A stretch of DNA of 44,305 nucleotides from NCBI GenBank assembly GCA_002633005.1, contig NMRA01001168.1, positions 1 through 44,305 on the forward strand. Direction: 5' to 3'. Source of the stretch: Phoronis australis. Lineage: Eukaryota > Animalia > Phoronida. Positions 24,331 through 35,559 of this stretch are shown here, piece by piece (the stretch's first letter is position 1; each line of letters starts with the position of its first letter). The notes under the pieces were generated by a model. The model was given only the letters and a program-made list of their open reading frames with translations. It had not been told where the DNA came from and did not search any database. The translations under genes were made by a program, and so were the position numbers.

Positions 24331-25030
24331 TTTTCATCGTTTTCTACTTTCTTCAGAGTTTTTGTTTTACTAAGGTATACCTTTTTTGCCCACTTCAATA
24401 AATAGGGACCTGTTCGAGTCACCCCCGAGCGCTCCAGGGTGAGCACATGGTGCTACCAAGCCGTTAAACTACGAAAGGGGTTATTATGTACCTAATACAT
24501 AGTATACACTGTAGCTTAACACATAATTCGGCATCACAGGTACGTTTCACAAAAACTTCAAAACCTGATGACATTTTACACAATGCTAACAGACAGTTTT
24601 TGTTGCCGTAAGTTTTGGAGTTTTTAAGTAACGAATTTTCAATGAAGCAGGTTCCAGGAAAACCAAAGGAATTTCTAAAAACAGCCCACTTGATTGGGGC
24701 GTTTATTTGGAAAATTTTCGAATTAAGCACCATCCCATGCACTTGCCTTCGGAGACAGCAGTGTAGTTCATAGTTTCGTAGCGCAAAGGTGATCGATTTT
24801 ACACTAGATACAACTGATCGAAAATGGAATAAAAATTCAAAATACCCAAGTAACGTATGAAGAACTGGAGTGAAGGTACATAAACCCTCCATCAGGAGTC
24901 CCATGTAAGAAAGCATGGCGTTTCACCGTTCAGTTGTAGCATCTGTCAGAAAGTGTTTCTACAATGCTTGTGGTTGTAAGGAATTTCTGTAAATTCTTCT
25001 ACATGTACACATGTTCTTGCTTGATTGCAG

Positions 25031-25351
25031 ATGCAACTGTAATTTAAAAGCAAAGACTGTAAGTGGTGACATTGTGAAGGTACCGATTACTCTAGCTCAA
25101 TCTGCGAAATACAAGTACTACAATTGCCAAGCTCAGGAAGAGGAATGTCGGAAAGATTGTAGGAGCGTTATTGGAAATGCACTTACCGCTAATAAAGGAC
25201 CATTTACTGAATTTGACAAGTACTCTGGAGAGAAAGTATGCCGGAAGGTTGACCAAAATAGTTTTTTTAATGAAACAGGAATTCCACTATACTCAGAATA
25301 TCAATTCGGAGCCATCGATGGCCTGGATTATCTGGGAAGTGTATGCTGCAG
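25031..25351 (+). CDS. Cys-rich repeat protein, domain exon 6 (phase 2-2, 321 nt; close paralogue of exon 4)
   Basis: Acceptor ttgattgcag|A, donor AG|gtaaga. Encodes CNCNLKA...YYNCQAQEEECRKDC...KVC...DYLGSVCCR, with an NET sequon. Confidence 0.9.
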
Positions 25352-28300
25352 GTAAGATCTCAATGCAAGACATGTGATTTGTCCTAATAATAGTTACACA
25401 AGGCACCCCAATGATTGAAACCCGCATGATAAAATGTTCATGTACTTGTAGTCCCAACAGCGAAACTTGTCTCAAGTCATCGTCCACACAAATCTTTTTC
25501 CTATCGTTTTGACAAAAAATTGTAGAAAGTGAGTACAGGTACGTACAATTTATTGCGTGTCGAAATGGTTGGCATCATCTCATAATTATGTCATCTCAAA
25601 CACATGGGCTCGATTTACTCGCCTATACACGGCTCGGGAGTGCTTAGAACATGTTACATTTATTCTGTAAACGGAGACAACGGACCTGTTGGACTTTATT
25701 TATTTATAATAACTGTTTCAAATGAATGGCTATCTCCTATCAGATTAAGGAGTATATAAAGACTTGTCACGTACATTTCAGGCCCGTCGGAAGGCAAAAA
25801 TTATTGGGGGACACAAACCATTTCAACTTCGCGAAACCATATGAACCCCCGCCCTACCGCCACCCTCGTCCCCGTCTCAAGATGCCACCATATTTGTACC
25901 GAATCTGCCACGTCCGCCCTAGGTGGGGGGTAGAGGGGCGGATGTAGGTGTAGAAAAGAGTCCATGGCCACCTTAAAAGTCTTCCAGATTCCATTTGACA
26001 ATTCGTGGGTGCAAATTTCTGACGGGTAAAACCCTAGCTATTAGTCTGCCCTGACCTCCCAGCTCAAAATCCTGGATCAACCCCTGTTACAATCCCAGGT
26101 ATGAAGCCATCAAGAGTTGAGTAACCGTGAACCAACACGGGGAGAATGGGCCCAGGACCAGTACACTGACCGGTAGCGAGGAGATGCCTCAAGTAGCTAT
26201 AGCTGAGATCTAACAGTATGAAAATACGAAATTCTCGATGAACTATAGCTAGTTGCTGGTCAGCTCAGCTCGTACCGGCCGTCTGAGCTCGCTCTAAGGT
26301 CAAGATTCGTTTTATTGTGATCCAGTTTCGGGAAAGCTTTATTTTATTCTGGTCATCCTTTGAAGTAGTTTTTTGAAAAGGTGAGGCCCCGAAGAACCTG
26401 GTATAGTGTGTTTGGGGCTGTTTCAAAATGCCTAGTTGAAACACGACCGGTAGTCCAGTTTCTGGTGGCTGGGGAAAAAGATAGTGTGTCCCAAAAATGT
26501 ACACACTTCCTGAACGCCTGGAGTTCAAATTCAGTTCCCGTGGATCACTGAGATCTGCGCGGGCCTACTGCATGGTGTCATCTTATTTTTAATGTAGGCA
26601 CGTCAGTCATGAAGTGCACGCGAATCTGGACAAGCAATAAATTAAGTTTTGAAGACCAAAAATTTATTGCTCAATGCTAATGGAAACTAAAAACACCAAG
26701 GAAGTGCACAGAAAACCTTCCAAGCAATGAGTTCAATTTTATGTCGGGTATTAAGTGATTTTTAAAACTTTTTTCTATCTACGGTTTGTTACTCCGAATT
26801 TCATCAATGCCTTTGAGAGTTATTTTAGATATGCAAATATCGTCTACAAGTGTATATGACTATTATTTTGGGGATCGGATTATGGAGTTTTTCCAACTTC
26901 TAGCTGCAATTAAATTCACTGAAACATCATCAATTCTTACTAGATTAGCTTCTAATTGTCAAAAAAAAATCATCCATGAATGTATCGATTTCCGTAGATA
27001 TATAAACAAGTAAATCAGAAACCTAAGAATTGGTTTATCAAAACGGAATCTTATAAGCAATTTCGGGGGCAAATGGGAGATGGGGCACTCATATTAAGAT
27101 GGATTTTTTCTCATTTCAGAGGTAACTATAACGGTTCACGAGGTAAACTTGAAATCCATTGACAAAAAAGCAATGAAATCTTTGTTTATGATTGCGAGAT
27201 TTGTTTGAGTAGCCCCTTTCGACATGTACACAGTAATGATCACAAACAGTAGTCTAGACAGCAGTGTTTTCCACATGTGTAAGATTGAACATAGATTAGA
27301 AGTGCATATGAGCAATTGTGTAACGGTACCTAATCGGTTAAACCAGAATCGGGAAAATCAATCTTCTATTTTTACTTACCAGTCACTAATCATAGGTTCC
27401 ATTGTTATGCCTGACATCGCATAAAACTTAATGCGATTCCCTAGTTGGTATCTCGAGTAAAAATGTTATCTCTTGTAAAAAACGGCAAAAACTAACCCAC
27501 AATTGAGTTCCTTGTCATTTTTTATCACGAATAATTATCATTGCCCTTGTTATACTTCTTCAGTAGAAAATTTCGAAATCCTAAATTCATCCATTGTTTA
27601 ATGTAAACATCAAAACAGCCCTGGTATTTGTAATTTGAAGTTGTTATATAGTTTGACGTACAGCTGGTGGCGATGTGATTTTAGCGCTGATATGGCCCAT
27701 TTCACTCGTGTATCTTTATCTATATTAACGCACTGCATAGGAATGAGAAATTTCAATATTATGTCATTTTCTTTCTCTTGCATTCAAAACATACACCCAT
27801 GAATGAAATGGAGAGCATTAAAATAAAATTGCCACGAGAAAGTACTCAAGAAAGTATTTCAAACCTCCTGCTCAGTTCCCACTAACTAGTCACGATTAAA
27901 TAGCTTGTAAACATTTTTGCTGAAAACCCCTCTACTACACTGGTAACATACACTTGTACATGTATGAGAACAGTTTACCTCCATTTGGTTTGTAGGACTG
28001 TCGTTGTTGTATATGCGCACCTAAAGATTCTGACCAGATCTTGTAGGCTGTAAACTTGACAAATATGGAACAGAGTTATTTAAATGCTTGGAGTACCTGT
28101 AAGCGGTTAGCATACATGCACACATTCATGTACCTAACTACGGATATAGGCGTAAGTTCAAATATTAGCGTAATTGGGACTAAATAAGCGAATATCTACG
28201 GACATATCCTACGGTTTAATAAAGGTGACACTTCGTGTAAGCAAGTTCATTACACAAGCCCAAATTATTGAATTTTCGGTATTAAAGCAAGCACGTTGTA

Positions 28301-29457
28301 TTACAATTTCACAGACACTGATACCAGTGTTCAAAATACAATTACCTTCAAACCACACACAATAAACAACTTGCAGCGTTGTACAGGAAATTATATTTGC
28401 TACCGGGCCCAACGTTTGACGGTCTTCGAGTAACTTGAGGCATGCCATGCAAGTACTCAGTTCTTGAATCGACTTATGACTACAGAGATTAGTCTCCGGG
28501 TCCTGAAGTTATTTAAAAACTATTCCTAGATGCTCCAGCTATGCGTTTAACTTCGGTTGTTAGTAAGTGGGGCAATCCTGGTGGTCTTTTATTCCTACTC
28601 GTTGAACAGAGGCCATTGCGAAAGAAAATCAAAGACCTCAAACAATCACTAACAAAAAAGTTCCTCGGGTTCTTAAATTTGCTGAATCTTTTATTTTGAT
28701 CAGTTTTGTTTGACTTTAAAACTCGAAATGATTTCATAGTTTCGTATCGGTCTAGTTTTATTTGACAAAATGAACTTCAGCAAAAGTAGGTGGTCATAAG
28801 GCCACGGATTTTCTGGAGGCATCGAAAAAGTTTCGAAGATTACAGTTAGATTATGCATGGTCGACACGCGGATGTGTGAATATAATGTACTCGAATAAAT
28901 GGTCATGGTTCTTGTCTGTGTATTACATTCAAATTTTGCTTCAATTCAAAGAGTATCATTCGCCAAACCCGGGCTAGGAAACAGGGGGGGAGGAGGAGCG
29001 AGGAAAGAGGGAGCGGGAGGGAAGGCGATGGAGGGGAGAGAGGGAAGGAGTTAGGGAGAGGGAAATTTCATTTAACACAAAACCGATCCTACATTCCCGT
29101 TCATTGACCACATAGTCGTTGTTTAAACTTATGTGCCCGAAAAAATCACCTAGGCAAAAACAAAAGTTATATTGAAGTTATTCCTAGAGACATTGCTCGG
29201 CGTATATAATGACGTGACACTAGTCAAATTGTAGAGCCTGGTCTTGGGGAACATCGAGCTGTCAATGCTTAGTGAGCCCAGAATCAACTATTGTGACTAA
29301 CAATACTTAGACCAATGTCAAAATCACCAATTGTTTGTTTTTATAACAGAAATCGGGTTTATAGCCGATTTAAGGACATGTCCCCTAGAGTAAAATCTTG
29401 CCCGTTACTAGTAGATTGTTCATAGTTGGGCCGTTCTATAGTATAGGTTTAAGAGAA

Positions 29458-30050
29458 GTTACCTATCTGCGACCTGTTGCGTTTGACTATCGCCAAAGTA
29501 CATGTAACATCAACAGGTGAGCATTTGAAACGAAGATTTCTGATAGCACTCAGACGAAGGGCCCAGTGCCCGGTTGCATGAAAGAGTCTCATATAGGGAC
29601 TCAGCCAAGGTCCTTAAGTCTTTTTTTGCGTATTTGTGTCTTGGTGAACTCTCACATGTAACATTTTTCTATCACGTCATCCTTATTATGAGCTCCTATT
29701 TGATTAATGACATTTTCAAACAATATAACTAAATACTGCGACCATAGTTCATTGAAAATAAATAGGGACTCAGTCCTCAAAACGGGGGTGAAAAGATCCG
29801 CAATTATTTTCGATAATATTGACAATTCAATGTAGAGTTCACTCTCGATTTGTATCAAAGTCAAGAGTTGACGTAGAAATGTAACTAAAACACTACAGGA
29901 AAGGGCAATCGATGTATTCAAAAGTGCAAAAATACGCAGTAGATTTAGGGAACTTAGTTGAGTCACTATGTGAGACTGTTTCGTGCAACCGGGCAAAGGA
30001 GGGTCACAAAAGCTAGGTCCTCAAATACAACCAGGTCGCCAATAGGTAAC
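29458..30050. mobile_element. MITE-like element (outer) with nested insertion
   Basis: gttacctatctgcgacctg ... caggtcgccaataggtaac terminal inverted repeat. Confidence 0.6.
29568..29994. mobile_element. Nested MITE with ~54-bp TIRs (Harbinger-like ends)
   Basis: gcccggttgcatgaaagagtctcatatagggactca ... tgagtcactatgtgagactgtttcgtgcaaccgggc. Superfamily tentative. Confidence 0.75.
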
Positions 30051-30106
30051 AACATTAATCCCTCTTCGTGTGATCGTTCAACTTAACTGTGCGTTCTTTT
30101 TACCAG

Positions 30107-30439
30107 GAAATGTCAAGCGTGCGTTTTGCGATACATTGAGAATGACAACGGTCAAGTGAAAAAAGAATTTGTTCTGGATGGCCCTCACAACGTGACGTCG
30201 TACCACTGTTCTCGACGATTAACCACTACTTGTGAAAAATCTTGCAACGCCACTCTGTTGTCACCAAGCAACCATGAGTACTTTGGTAACACTTTCGTCA
30301 ATGCGGTCTCTGCACAAAGAGTGTGCGAAAAGCTTGGGCGAGCGATACCCAGCCCTGGATTACGCGTTGAAGTCAATTACGATATGGGGGACGACCACTA
30401 TCACCATTTTCTGGTGCCTGGCGGGAATGTATGCTGTGG
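30107..30439 (+). CDS. Cys-rich repeat protein, domain exon 7 (phase 2-2, 333 nt; close paralogue of exon 5)
   Basis: Acceptor tttttaccag|G, donor GG|gtaagt. Encodes KCQACVLRY...YHCSRRLTTTCEKSC...RVC...DDHYHHFLVPGGNVCCG. Confidence 0.9.
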
Positions 30440-32549
30440 GTAAGTACATGTATGTAGCCCAACGTACCGTCACGAGGGCACGAACCTGCAAATAGTTAAA
30501 GTTTGTGGTAGCTCGAATCTCTTGTTAAACAGCCCGGACGATTCAAGTGGATTCAGTTCCATCATTTCTGGGTTTCAGATCTTTATTTTACCAAGTGCAG
30601 TCAGGTTGTTATTAAATATTTTTTTCTCAATGTCCGGATTTCGTTTCTCATGGATTTTTTCTCTTAAACAGTAATATCATTTCGTCGGTCTTATTCCCTT
30701 ATTCCTAGATTTCGGGTTGACTTACTCCATTCTTGGAAGGGGTATTAAAATGCAGAGATCCTGAAATTATGAAATTTTAGAGAAATAAATTTAAAATTAC
30801 AACAGTGAGCCTTAATAGACTTGGATTTGGCAATTAGTTTCTTCGGAGTGCGAGGTTTTGCTCGCGACTGCAAAACGATTGAAGAGGACTTTTGGTTCTA
30901 CCGGAGAAATCACGAACGCGAACTAGTCCTGTATCCAAAAATGGAAGGTGTTCTGATATATTGAGAGGTACAACAGAAGTGTTGAGGCAATGAATACGGT
31001 CGGGTCCAAAGCACAAAAAATGAGAGAAACTGAAAAGTGCCCTCCTTCTGATAATCAATTTCTCGATGAGAGAAAACTTCACTTGTCCCAATTTACGTTA
31101 AGGATATCTCAAACCTTGTGCACAAAAATTCGTCATTTTTACAATATTTCAATGTCTAGAGAAATAGATTACCTTCATTCTCGGGGAACTACAAACACGA
31201 AATATGTACCGTGTACACTATTAGGATTTTCAATATAAGGGCCCAGTTTCTTCGTTATGTAACAAAAACGAATAGTACTTACAAAAAATACTTTACATTT
31301 TGTGAGTTGATTTGTCATAGAAATTAATTGAAAAGACTTGTCGAATATTCCTTACACCGTTTTCGAAGTTACTGGTGAAGTTTTCTTTTAAGAGGTTTCA
31401 CTAAATTGACGGAGGGATTATTTTGCTGTGAATGTACCTTTTTAAACATGTAATTTTGTCTTAAAACAGATGTTAACGTAATAATAACAATGGTAATTTA
31501 AAGATAAGAAATATTTTTGCATTTCCTAGTCTACTTTCTTTTAAAAAACATACCTTTGCCAGTTGCCAAAGCCTAGATTTTTACATACCAGCTAGGATGG
31601 AGGCCACTAAATAGGGTTTGAGATAATCTTAAGAAAACGAACATGCTGCACACCGCTGCTGCAACACTGGTGGTGATAGTAATAATGATCGCACAAAAGA
31701 TACTGGTGAGGTAAATTAGGAAAGGACTGACGTAACTATGACGATGACTGTGGTTAAGAGGTATAATATCGATGATGACTTGCCATGGGGTGATACTGGT
31801 TGTCTTGAAAAGGAAGCTGATTAGCTGTGCTTCTGGTTGGTTATATTTTAGGCTATTGTACATTCCGATATTAATGTATCATGTATACTTTGCTCTGCCA
31901 AAAACTTTATTGGAACTGAAATACAATACAATTAAGCGGTAACATCCACATGCAGTCAGGGAAAATACAGGAAATAAATGACCAAGAATATATGTAAGGT
32001 ATAAGGTGTTTCCAGTACACTAGATTATTCTCTGAAACAAAAGTCAATGCAACAAGACACTCCAGAATTATAGTGTGTCATTGCTTCCTAACACGAATCA
32101 GACCAGGATATTTCATCCTTCAACTATACAAAAATTGATCTACGAAGAACACATCCATGACCCATAAACAAACAGACAATCAAGTTATACTAAACCAAAT
32201 TCATTAGGATGCTTGCTTAAAAACACTTTAAAAAGCCATCCGGATGCTGTATATTTAACACAACTGGAGTCGAAAATTGTGGTAGAATGCATATTGATCA
32301 GTCATCGTCAAAGTACTACCATTCTTCGCCACAACAGCTTGTTGGCTTGGTTTGTGCAGTGACGACTTTCGGTCACTGCTAATTAGAACAGCATTTCCCA
32401 CTCAAAAGTTATACCTATACGGTGCCTTTTAAAGGTATATGGGTACAAGTACATGTATAGTACACGTCCATGTATGAATACAATTGTAAATACCAGTAAT
32501 CTATGTGCTGCTTAAGAGTTGCTCAGAAATTTACATTGCCATGTTACAG

Positions 32550-32928
32550 ATGTAGTTGTGAAGTGAAGATAAGATACGAGATCAACGGAACTGTAAACAC
32601 GCTCGGCGTTGCCGCTGAACTGGCAGCTAGGCCAAAATACTTCGCTTGCGGTAGCCACGACATCCAATGTAAGAACCAGTGTAGAACGACCGCTGGTAAG
32701 GCCCTTACTGGTGAAGAGAAACCAGTAACTAAGCTGGATCCGAACATCGCCAAGAAAGTCTGCATGCTTCTGAATACGACAGTACCTGATCCAGGCGCCT
32801 TAGTGTATACTGAGTACGACGTGGGAAGGGGAAGCCGGGGAGACTCTCTGGGATATGTCTGTTGCTTTGAAATTCCTGAGGAATACAGGGCAATTGGACT
32901 TCCGCCAATCCTTGCGACCTTGTGTTAA
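32550..32928 (+). CDS. Cys-rich repeat protein, terminal exon (domain 8 plus 22-aa tail ending in Cys)
   Basis: Acceptor tgttacag|A (phase 2). Encodes CSC...FACGSHDIQCKNQC...KVC...SLGYVCCFEIPEEYRAIGLPPILATLC then TAA TAG. No donor after CC. Confidence 0.9.
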
Positions 32929-33294
32929 TAGACTATATAACGAGTTCCTTGAAATTATCTGCTCACGACAACAACCTAATTTTTGTTTCACGAATATAAT
33001 TTTGAATCGTCACTTTAACTTTATTGTGATATCAGGGCCTCCTTAATTATGTGGGTTGGGGGTATGATCTTCCCCAATAACATGGTGTGACAATTTATCT
33101 GGGTTATTTTACAAATTTCACAAAATCGAAAGAATTATAAACGACTTCTGTGTACCATATTACCGTTCCTTTAGGACCATGGGCCTGTATCTAAAATAAT
33201 ACATTTTTCGTGGCCAATTGTTTACTCACACATCCGTTTTAATTAAATCAGTTTTTGGTCACAGTAAGATTAAAAACCGGACGATAGCCGCACA

Positions 33295-33300
33295 AATAAA
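33295..33300 (+). promoter_or_regulatory. Candidate polyadenylation signal
   Basis: AATAAA ~370 nt after the stop codon. Confidence 0.4.
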
Positions 33301-33321
33301 AAAGTTCATGTTCAATTTAAG

Positions 33322-33355
33322 GTTTCGTCTTTTCCATTAGACATCATCAGGATCA
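33322..33355 (-). ncRNA. Degenerate hammerhead-ribozyme-like core
   Basis: Minus strand reads gatc-CTGATGA-t-gtc-taatggaaaa-gac-GAAAC, directly 3' of the PLE endonuclease. Stem III and cleavage triplet are not canonical. Confidence 0.5.
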
Positions 33356-33874
33356 TATTTATTACAATTTAGGAGAACAAGTGCCAGCAGACAGCTCATC
33401 TAACATCCATAAAGTGAAGTGAGAGATACAGGGAATATAGTCAGTGGCTGGTCATCACCATAGTTGCAGGGTCACTGAGCTCTGCATGTTATTCAGAGAA
33501 TCATTGGCATGCTAGTTCTGAATGGCCAATGACTCTTTAAAGGCGAAGGCAACCTTTTTCCATGTCATTTTGAGCTAAAATAAGGTCGGTTGGTTATCCT
33601 AGACATATTTTCTACTTAATTACAGCTTTTCGTAATTTTATAAATTACTCGTCCGCTACTCCGGAAGTGACGTTTTAGGAGGCAAGCGTTTCCCGCCACT
33701 TGATTTTGCGTTGACTTTACTGTGCGAATCTGTTCTATTCTACTTTTGTTTTGTGCTGTTTTTCAACAATTGTCGCCACCACTTTCCATCGGCGAGTATT
33801 CTGCGGCAAGATAGGTTAGTAGGGAACTCAACTACGTTGGATTTAGGGATTGTTTAGTGTGTTGTAAGCTGAAA

Positions 33875-34180
33875 ATGACTGGAGTCGGTGATCCGTATCA
33901 CAGTGACAGTAGTGTGAGTGACGGAGACCTTGTTCACAGCAGTGGTGACAAGTAATTTTTTCACGGACATTCAGTGGGTGGGTACATGTTTGAGCCCGAG
34001 CATAACGAGGCAGAGTACGCACAGGCACAGGCAGCTGTTGAGAGAAACGAGGCGGCTACTGAGGACAGACGTGGTGACACATCTTGGTGCAAATGCACTG
34101 TGTGCGTTGTTATGCCTACCTCAATGGAATGCTTGTGCTGTTCAGAGTTCGACGAGGCCAAGCCACTACTGGACATGGTT
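33875..34180 (+). pseudogene. Truncated KolX / P2X7 ballast-like Cys-rich protein N-terminus
   Basis: ATG at 33875 is in frame (one internal stop) with YMFEPE...RRGDTSWCKCTVCVVMPTSMECLCCSE, the WCxCxxC..MP...ECxCCxE zinc motif of P2X7 C-terminal-like proteins. Confidence 0.8.
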
Positions 34181-34487
34181 AAGTGGACCTCCGGCGTACC
34201 ACGGACAGGTCAGGAACAACTGTCCCACTTGCCAGAGTGTCCCGCGACATCAGTTCAGTGTACAAATCCCTTTCGTAATCGGACGGCAGAAAGTGCTTGC
34301 CACACACACGGTAATTCTCTACTGCTTTGTTCGTTGCGTGGACGGGTAACGCTGCATTCCTCACACGAACGAGCCAAGTACGGCGAAGTGTGTCATCCAT
34401 CGGAAAGCGATGCAAAGGTACTCCCAATGCGCGCGTGAGCCTATAATTAGTACATGTACATCCTGGTACGCAGCAACAGTGTGGCAT
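34179..34487 (-). CDS. THAP zinc-finger domain (N-terminus of truncated transposase)
   Basis: MPHCCCVPGC...LHRFP..D..RRTW...RVCGKHF....Y...VVP, the C2CH THAP signature. Confidence 0.9.
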   Translation of the reverse strand: MPHCCCVPGCTCTNYRLTRALGVPLHRFPMDDTLRRTWLVRVRNAALPVHATNKAVENYRVCGKHFLPSDYERDLYTELMSRDTLASGTVVPDLSVVRRRST

Positions 34488-35559
34488 GTTGACTGACTAG
34501 TAAATGAAAGTAAATGACGAAGGAACTTAACACAACCGAGGTAGAACAATGACTGACTCGGCAGCTCTCGCAGTCAGACTATATGAAAAGAAATTGGCGC
34601 GAAATGCCTGCCTCCTAAAACATCACTTCCGGAGTAGCGGACGAGTAATTAATAAAATTACGAAAAGCTGTAATTAAGTGGAAAATATGTCTGGGATAAC
34701 CAACCAACCTTATTTTAGCTCGAAATGACATGGAAAAAGGTTGCCTTCGCCTTTAATGTACGGTAACTCCTTATTAGGTTCTCTGCAGATAATGCTAACT
34801 GAATTAGCTTGGTGATTGTTGCTAACACAGTGCCTATATATGTTGCTTTTCTCTGAGGTGTGATGTTCTTTCAACCTGTCAGAGAGCCGTGTCTGCTTGA
34901 GTACAATATGGAATTCCTTACAGTTGTCACATTCAACCTTACACACAACATTGGTCCTGTTCAATAAAGGGATGGTGACTTCAGTTAACACAGCATATTG
35001 GAAAGTTTCCAAAGAGGTTTGAAACAAACATAAGTTTTGTATATAAGCACGCCCAGGTAATTTACCTTGCATATGCCTAAACATGAAGTCGTATATTGGC
35101 ACACCTGTTTTGGTTAACGTTGTGCCTCCTACTGGCATTTTTACGTTTCCCTCTGTATCTGGCGTACCTTGGTGTATTTTTAGGAAAGTTGGTAAATACA
35201 GTGTAGTCACATGATTCCTGCGTCTTTATGGCCATTGGCTTTTATCCGAAATAATGCCTTGCGGCCTTTTTACCACAGGGTGCATGTGTCTAAGTTTCGC
35301 ATGTAAGCACAGTTTCGTACAGACGTTCATGGGTCTCATAATGCGAGGCAATACGGTACAAACTATCTCCAGCCCACACATGTATACAAAATCATATAGT
35401 ACATTACAAGAAGTAACGTATCTACTGCAGAGTGAAAATTCTAAATTTGTGAACCACGTTGAAATCAGTGGTCCACTGCCACTGTAAAAACAAAATTACC
35501 TAAAACACTGTTGTTGTGTGCTGTTTCTCCAAGTGCTGTCATCAGCTAGAATGCATCCT

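Larger units (their letters stand above)
33541..34752. mobile_element. Kolobok-type DNA transposon, internally deleted
   Basis: ~160-bp TIRs beginning AGGCGAAGGCAACC, TTAA on both sides (33537-33540, 34753-34756), and convergent THAP and KolX-like ORF stubs. Confidence 0.9.
33320..35030 (-). mobile_element. Penelope-like element 3' remnant (GIY-YIG endonuclease), interrupted by the Kolobok element
   Basis: NVVCKVECDNCKEFHI...RLSDRLKEH...IYRHC...NH...IICRE...YIK resumes after the insertion as ESLAIQ...SLN...LQLW*. A hammerhead-like core lies downstream. Confidence 0.8.

Noticed and set aside
28984-29062. Purine-rich tract as regulatory or G4 element
   Set aside because: Common low-complexity sequence with no functional evidence.
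33974-34438. Host P2RX7 gene
   Set aside because: Only the ballast-like Cys motif is present, inside transposon TIRs. No channel domain.
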